Source: Bacteroidia bacterium (GTDB lineage Bacteria > Bacteroidota > Bacteroidia > CAIKAF01). Taken from it: 64,000 nt of DNA. Of the stretch, positions 58,584-64,000 are shown piece after piece; position 1 is the first letter of the stretch; each line of letters starts with the position of its first letter. The stretch is taken from positions 929-64,928 of the forward strand of contig JAUHWY010000016.1 of NCBI GenBank assembly GCA_030427255.1. Reading direction: 5' to 3'. Made by a program: the position numbers and the translations under genes. The notes below the pieces were generated by a model, which ran no database searches, had not been told where the DNA came from, and saw nothing but the letters and a program-made list of their open reading frames with translations.

Positions 58584-58928
58584 ATGTTTGATTTTGAGAA
58601 ACTAGTCGTTTACAGCAAAGCAAAGCGATTCAACAAGAAAGTCCATACATTCCTTACATGTATTACGCTAGACCGTACCACAACCTACCAATTGAGGCGG
58701 GCATCATTAAGCATTATGCTGAATGTTGCGGAAGGTGCCGGCAGAATTTCCAAACGAGATAAAAGACATTTTTATGTAATCGCTCGTGGTTCAACATTTG
58801 AATGCGTAGCCATTTTCGATTTTCTTAAAGAAATCCAAATGATCGACCAATCTCAGTTCGAATCGTTTTACCATGATTTGGAAGAGCTTTCAAAGCTGCT
58901 ATTTTCGTTGATTAAGAGCATGGAATAG
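58584..58928 (+). CDS. Four helix bundle protein (23S rRNA-IVP / bAvd-like family)
   Basis: 'F.FEKL.VY', 'QLRRA.LSI.LN.AEG.GR', 'F..IARGS..EC', 'SK.L..LI'. Confidence 0.92.
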   Translation: MFDFEKLVVYSKAKRFNKKVHTFLTCITLDRTTTYQLRRASLSIMLNVAEGAGRISKRDKRHFYVIARGSTFECVAIFDFLKEIQMIDQSQFESFYHDLEELSKLLFSLIKSME

Positions 58929-58930
58929 GT

Positions 58931-59518
58931 ATGGGGAGGGGAGTTTGGAGCAACAGTGCCGAGCATACAGGGGGAAGGGAGTCTAGAGCAACAGTATTGA
59001 TTGTGGAGGGTGTTTTTGGGAGTGATGTATTTCATTGTGAAAATCTTGGTGCTCCCTCTTGCTCCTTCCTCTTGCTCTCAACTCAGGAAGGGAGTTTGGA
59101 GCAACAGTATTGAGTGTGGAGGATGTTTTTGGGAGTGGTGTATTTCATTATGAAAATTTTGGTGCTCCCTCTTGCTCCTTCCTCTTGCTCTCAACTCAGG
59201 AGGGAAGTATAGAGCAACAATATTGAGTGTGGAGGATGTTTTTGGGAGTGATGTATTTCATTATGAAAATCTTGGTGCTCCCTCTTGCTCCTTCCTCTTG
59301 CTCTCAACTCAGGAGGGAAGTATAGAGCAACAATATTGAGTGTGGAGGATGTTTTTGGGAGTGGTGTATTTCATTATGAAAATCTTGGTGCTCCCTCTTG
59401 CTCCTTCCTCTTGCTCTCAACTCAGGAAGGGAGTTTGGAGCAACAGTATTGAGTGTGGAGGATGTTTTTGGGAAATGGCGTATTTTTTTTTGTTGTGAAG
59501 ATCTTGCTTCTTCTTGCT
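58931..59518 (+). repeat. Right block: 113-bp tandem repeat, 4 full units plus flanking partial units
   Basis: Core GAGCAACA at 58948, 58986, 59099, 59212, 59325, 59438 (spacing 38, 113, 113, 113, 113); units near-identical. Confidence 0.95.
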
Positions 59519-59809
59519 CTTGCTCCTCCCTGTTGCTGTTGCTCCTCCCTGTTGCTGTTGCTCCTCCCTGTTGCTGTTGCTCCTCCCTGTTGCTGTTGCT
59601 CCTCCCTGTTGCTGTTGCTCCTCCCTGTTGCTGTTGCTCCTCCCTCTTGCTCTTGCTCCTCCCTCTTGCTCTTGCTCCCCCCCTGTTGCTCTTCCTCCTC
59701 CCTGTTGCTCTTCCTCCCCCCTCTTGCTCTTCCTCCTCCCTCTTGCTCTTCCTCCTCCCTCTTGCCTCTTCCTCCTTCCTCTTGCTCCTCCCTCTTCCTC
59801 CTCCCTCCC
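59519..59809 (+). repeat. 19-bp pyrimidine-rich tandem repeat (TGCTCCTCCCTGTTGCTGT), degenerating 3'
   Basis: Period 19 seen at 59521/59540/59559...; about 15 units. Confidence 0.92.
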
Positions 59810-61234
59810 TTATTCTTTGGCAAAGAGCTCTGCTTTTTTGAGCAACCATGAAATGGATGCCACTTGGGAAGCATCTCTGATTTCGGACAGAAGTCCCTGG
59901 CTGGCCCGGTTGTCGCCCAGACGGGCGCGCATGAGTCGTTTCACGTATTTTACAAAATTGAGGCAAATGGTTTTTTGGTAGGCCGAAATGAGTTCGTTGC
60001 GCCTCAAGTACACGTAAAAGCTATCGCAAAGCGAGAAAAAGGCATCTACATCCTCCAGCTCAAAATAGGTTTTGAGCAGTAAAATTTTTGAATCGAGGAT
60101 ATAATATACGTCCATATACTCCACGTGGCTGAGCAGCCGAAGGGTTTTGCGGTACTCTTCTTTAAAAAAGTGCAGCCAAGCCAGGTTGTAGGTGAAGGCA
60201 TTTTCGCGGTACTTGGGTGCCAGTTTGTTTTTGTATGTATAAATGAAGTTTTCGACCCAATCGTATTCCTCCAACCGTAAGCCCACCGTTACAATGTTTT
60301 TAAACGAAGAGGGAAGGATGAATCCGTTTTCGTAAACCAAGTCCTTTTCCAGGAGTAACTTAGATAGGTTGAAATAGTCCCGTAGGTACTTTCGATGGCC
60401 TTGGTTTATTTTTTTTGTACAATAGTTTTGGGCTAAGAAATACAGGTCGCGCAGCTCTTCCGGACCAAAGAATTTCGGGTATTCATTGAGCCGTTGAATC
60501 AGTTTTTTAAAATGGGTTTCGTTTTGCTCCTCAACCAAGGTGAGCAGCACCAAATGGTATATTTCAATGGCCGGGTGGTCGCTGTAGTCAGAGTCTCTTA
60601 AATGGACCATTATTTCCTCCCTGAGCCGTGTGGTGTATTCGGAATTCAAAAAATTTTGTCGGGTGAGCATTTCGCAAAGCAGCTTTAGCTTTTTGCTCAG
60701 GTAATACAAATCCAGGTGGTCGGCAGTATCTTGAAGGACCTGGTCGAGGGATTTGTCGCGCTTTGCCGATGAGTAGGAATAATGCTGCTCTTCTATAAGG
60801 TAGTTTCGGAAATAGAACTCCGAGTCCCGGGTTGGGTTTTTTTGGAGGAATTTTTGGGAATCATCAAAGATTTGGTTAAAGTATTTTTCAATGTCTTTGG
60901 TGCTGTAGTATTCCAATAATAGCTGATTGTGCCGCAGTTTGTTTTTGTCCAGCTCACGAATGGCAATAAAACGTTCCAGCAGCTTGGCTAAGTCGGAAAA
61001 AGCATAGCGCAGCTTGGCTTCGTCAAAGGCTGCTTTACCAAAGGTCTTTTGCCAAACTTTTTCTCGGTCTATGGCCGGCCCTTCTAAGTTTTGCTGCTCT
61101 TTTTTCAGATAAGTAAACAGCGTTATGAGCGATTCGTTTTTGTTGAAAAATGGCGACCGAATAAACTTGTCAAACTCTCGCCACTCTTGGGCATCAAAGC
61201 TTTGTAGGATACGTATGGGTTTGCTTTTTTGCAT
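59810..61234 (-). CDS. Cytoplasmic all-helical/TPR-like hypothetical protein, possible regulator
   Basis: No signal peptide; 'E...F.KF..SPFFN' N-terminus; TPR-like helices 'NLAWLHF..EEY..TL.LL'. Confidence 0.75.
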   Translation of the reverse strand: MQKSKPIRILQSFDAQEWREFDKFIRSPFFNKNESLITLFTYLKKEQQNLEGPAIDREKVWQKTFGKAAFDEAKLRYAFSDLAKLLERFIAIRELDKNKLRHNQLLLEYYSTKDIEKYFNQIFDDSQKFLQKNPTRDSEFYFRNYLIEEQHYSYSSAKRDKSLDQVLQDTADHLDLYYLSKKLKLLCEMLTRQNFLNSEYTTRLREEIMVHLRDSDYSDHPAIEIYHLVLLTLVEEQNETHFKKLIQRLNEYPKFFGPEELRDLYFLAQNYCTKKINQGHRKYLRDYFNLSKLLLEKDLVYENGFILPSSFKNIVTVGLRLEEYDWVENFIYTYKNKLAPKYRENAFTYNLAWLHFFKEEYRKTLRLLSHVEYMDVYYILDSKILLLKTYFELEDVDAFFSLCDSFYVYLRRNELISAYQKTICLNFVKYVKRLMRARLGDNRASQGLLSEIRDASQVASISWLLKKAELFAKE

Positions 61235-61474
61235 AAGGATGTGGTCTCTGTCTCTACGAACTTAACGGAAATTTGACACAAATGATGCGTTTTTTTCGGC
61301 ACTTGTTGCCCGTAAGTTGCCGATAAAAAATATTTTAAATCATTGAAATACAGTGTATTTTAGTTTAAATTAGTCGAAAAATGACCGACAAACCTAGTAA
61401 AGCATCTGTACACCACTTTGAATTTTAAATAAGAAATGGTAAATTTGGTATTAAGCAGTCCAAACCGTGCGCCT

Positions 61475-62221
61475 ATGAAAACTTTAATTTACTCCCTCCT
61501 AATTTTTGGCCTTCTATCAGGCAATTCTCTTTACGCTACCAATGGCCCGGGCAATGGCAAGCAATCGGTAATGGTGCGCGGTGAGGTCTCCGGAAACCAA
61601 ATGGTAGTGCATATTCCTTCCGATACTCCCGAAGACGTACGTTTGGAGTTTCCTTCGCATTCCGAATGGAATTTAGTAGCCACGCAAATCGTTCCCGGTG
61701 GGGTTACCATCGTTCTCGAATTTGATGGCGTAATTCCTTCCAGCGGAAAGGTAATCGTAGACGAACCCTGGGTTATTGTTGGTATTGATAATATAACCGG
61801 AGTGCGCTCCGAAGGGAACAACAACGACGATGTCACCTTTACCCAACGTTTCGCAGCCAATAATAACGGCATTGATGGGGGCGGATCCGGATCCGACAAC
61901 GGCAACGACAATTCCGGAACGTCTACAGAATCCGAAGACGAAGCGCCTTCGAACCCGGTCGGCAATTCGGGCAATACTACCATCTCCGAGATTGGTATTT
62001 ACCCCAATCCGGTAGCCTCCAAAGCAACAGTGGTGACTGTAGGCGAAATTCTGCTCCGCAGCGTTCAAGTGTATGACCTTTCAGGACGCATCGTAGGCGA
62101 GGTTCAAGCCAATAATAATGTAGCCGAATTCGACCTTAGCGGCTACAACAATGGTGTCTACATGGTTATGGTACATACCAATGAGGGAACCAAAATCCAC
62201 AAGATTTATAAGGTTCAATAA
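61475..62221 (+). CDS. T9SS type A secreted protein with a Gly/Asn/Ser-rich linker
   Basis: Signal peptide from ATG 61475; CTD 'IYPNPV...VYDLSGR...GVY.V'; TAAATTTG at 61440-61447. Confidence 0.85.
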   Translation: MKTLIYSLLIFGLLSGNSLYATNGPGNGKQSVMVRGEVSGNQMVVHIPSDTPEDVRLEFPSHSEWNLVATQIVPGGVTIVLEFDGVIPSSGKVIVDEPWVIVGIDNITGVRSEGNNNDDVTFTQRFAANNNGIDGGGSGSDNGNDNSGTSTESEDEAPSNPVGNSGNTTISEIGIYPNPVASKATVVTVGEILLRSVQVYDLSGRIVGEVQANNNVAEFDLSGYNNGVYMVMVHTNEGTKIHKIYKVQ

Positions 62222-62243
62222 AACCACTCATTACAAAATTTGT

Positions 62244-62272
62244 AAAGGAGGCTGCATGGCCTCCTTTTTTTT
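62244..62272 (+). terminator. Intrinsic terminator
   Basis: AAAGGAGGCT-GCAT-GGCCTCCTTT + T-run. Confidence 0.85.
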
Positions 62273-62335
62273 GCCTTGGCTCCATCTCGGCAGCGAAATC
62301 TAATACACCTTCTGAATGCGTACATTTGTACCCTC

Positions 62336-63844
62336 ATGAGAGCGCTACTAGGCAAATTAATGTTGCTTTTTCTACCCCTTTCCATTTGGGGGCAAATGCA
62401 CTTGGGGCAGCTTTCGGTGTCGCCACAAGGCAGCTTGTGGAGTAAAGCCGATAGCATCATCTCTTCCGGCATGGAATTTATAGGTCGAAAGTACCGATCT
62501 CCAAGGCCCGATGGCGGTATTTTTGATTGTAGTGGTTTTTTACAATACATCTATAGAAGACACCAGATTTTGTTGCCACGTACCTCCTCTGCCATGGGCC
62601 AGGAGGTGGAGGCCATTCCCTTAAGTGAGGTAAAACCCGGTGATTTGCTTTTCTTTAAGGGTAGAGACAAGCGAAGCGCACGTATTGGCCACGTAGGCAT
62701 GGTGGCCTCCTGCGGGCCCAACGGCATACGTATGATGCACAGTTGCAGCAGAGGAATCCGCGTCGATAGCCTCAGCATGCCTTACTACAAAGACCGGTTT
62801 TTATTCGCCGGAAGAATCCTTTTTGGAACCAAAACCGCAAGCTCCTTAGCGCTAAACGCGGAACCGGAACAGGATACCCTTTGGGTGCTTGGGGTAGGCG
62901 ATATGATGCTGGGCACCCATTTTCCCAAGCGCTCTTACCTCCCTCCACAGGACGGAAAAACCTTACTGGAACCTGTCGATAGCATGCTTAGGTCGGCAGA
63001 CTTTACAACCGGAAATTTGGAAGGAGTCCTTCTCTCTGCCCAAGGAAAGGTAAAAAGCTGCCGCGATACCCAATATTGCTATGCCTTTAAAATGCCCGAC
63101 CATTACGGCAGTTATTTTAAAGACGCGGGTTTTGATGCGCTTAGCTTGGCCAACAACCACACCAACGATTTTGGAGCAGAGGGTAAAGCCAACACCCGGA
63201 GGATTTTAGACAGCTTAAGCATTGCCTATGCCGGCCTTACCGAAACGCCTTATGCACTTATTGAATTGGATTCGGTGAAATATGGCTTCTGCGCCTTTTC
63301 TCCCAACCGCGGCACCTGTTCCATTACTGATACGGCAGAGGCACAAGCCATTGTACAACACCTCGACAGCCTAGCGGATGTGGTGATTGTTTCTTTCCAT
63401 GGCGGCGGCGAAGGCTTTGATTTTCAAAACATAACCGATGAAACCGAGACCTATTTAGGCGAAAACCGCGGCAATCCATACCGTTTTGCCCGTGTTGTGA
63501 TTGATGCCGGTGCAGACTTGGTTTTTGGCCATGGTCCGCATTTGCCACGTGCCGTGGACCTGTACAAAGACCGTTTCATTGCTTATAGTCTGGGGAATTT
63601 TGCCACTTACGCACGGTTCAGCCTTCAGGGTGCCAAAGGATACGCACCCATGGCCATGATTGCCGTAAACAAGCAAGGACGATTTCTGGAGGGGCGCATC
63701 GTTTCTGCACTTCAACGCGGCGAAGGGGGCCCAAAGCCCGATCCTGAGCAGCGCGCCTATAAGGAAATTCGTCGCCTTACCGAAGCCGATTTTCCCAACG
63801 GACCAATCCGCTTTGAAGAAGATGGTCGCTTTTTTGCTAAATGA
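62336..63844 (+). CDS. NlpC/P60 cysteine peptidase fused to a CapA (PGA_cap) metallophosphatase-like domain
   Basis: 'FDCSG', 'PGDLLFF', 'GHVG', 'MHS'; then 'VGD.MLG', 'GNLEG', 'SLANNH..DFG', 'H.G.E', 'GH.PH', 'YSLGNF'; TACATTTG at 62321-62328. Confidence 0.88.
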   Translation: MRALLGKLMLLFLPLSIWGQMHLGQLSVSPQGSLWSKADSIISSGMEFIGRKYRSPRPDGGIFDCSGFLQYIYRRHQILLPRTSSAMGQEVEAIPLSEVKPGDLLFFKGRDKRSARIGHVGMVASCGPNGIRMMHSCSRGIRVDSLSMPYYKDRFLFAGRILFGTKTASSLALNAEPEQDTLWVLGVGDMMLGTHFPKRSYLPPQDGKTLLEPVDSMLRSADFTTGNLEGVLLSAQGKVKSCRDTQYCYAFKMPDHYGSYFKDAGFDALSLANNHTNDFGAEGKANTRRILDSLSIAYAGLTETPYALIELDSVKYGFCAFSPNRGTCSITDTAEAQAIVQHLDSLADVVIVSFHGGGEGFDFQNITDETETYLGENRGNPYRFARVVIDAGADLVFGHGPHLPRAVDLYKDRFIAYSLGNFATYARFSLQGAKGYAPMAMIAVNKQGRFLEGRIVSALQRGEGGPKPDPEQRAYKEIRRLTEADFPNGPIRFEEDGRFFAK

Positions 63845-64000
63845 AGCTTGGCGCCCCCGCCCTTTTTTTCCAAAAGACAAAACCTGTTTACCTCCCAATC
63901 CTACGCCAATTAAAACCTTCGATGGGCGGCCGGGCCCTTTTTTCTGCTCCCTAAGCCCTAAAGCTGCAGCAGCATCTCATCTGCACCCATTGCTTTAAGC

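Noticed and set aside
58584-58928. Diversity-generating retroelement based on the Avd-like protein
   Set aside because: No reverse transcriptase, and no TR/VR pair with adenine-specific mismatches seen in the window
58181-59518. CRISPR array
   Set aside because: Sequences between the cores are near-identical rather than unique spacers; spacing is irregular (38/100/113); no cas genes in the window
58176-59810. Prophage or integrative island at tmRNA
   Set aside because: No integrase and no duplicated tmRNA 3' end (att) visible in the window
58102-59981. Low-complexity ORFs (REEQQQQGGATATG..., LLLLPVAVAPPCCCC...)
   Set aside because: Products of the 19-bp and 113-bp repeats, whose periods are not multiples of 3; they overlap tmRNA or the 474-aa gene
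63920-64000. Possible start of another hairpin element at the window end
   Set aside because: Only a short GC-rich stretch (GGGCGGCCGGGCCC); truncated and lacking the family motifs

Overview
A chromosomal stretch from a Bacteroidota, probably a marine Flavobacteriales, judged from TAnnTTTG -7 promoter boxes, type IX secretion (T9SS) genes and cargo, and a Na+-NQR operon. Core genes: porW/sprE-bactofilin-atpZ/I-like (not followed by atpB), T9SS Plug, nqrA-F, ruvC, greA, HIT, DAHP synthase/chorismate mutase and tmRNA. There are many secreted proteins, including two tandem FG-GAP/ASPIC + DxDxDG adhesin paralogs, an IgGFc-binding/type-B-CTD protein and a TonB receptor / large T9SS cargo / PorV-like cassette. 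The most unusual structure lies directly after tmRNA (58176-59809). A four-helix-bundle (23S-IVP/bAvd-like) ORF sits in the loop of a predicted ~20-bp RNA stem and is flanked by two homologous compound repeat blocks (38/100/113-bp units plus complementary 19-bp pyrimidine units), resembling an intervening-sequence-like element outside rRNA. Also notable: a dispersed ~150-bp covarying hairpin family (7-8 copies), a palindromic operator at an identical offset upstream of both adhesin paralogs, a structured terminator-containing leader, and an NlpC/P60-CapA fusion. All product calls come from motif recognition by eye; no database searches were run.
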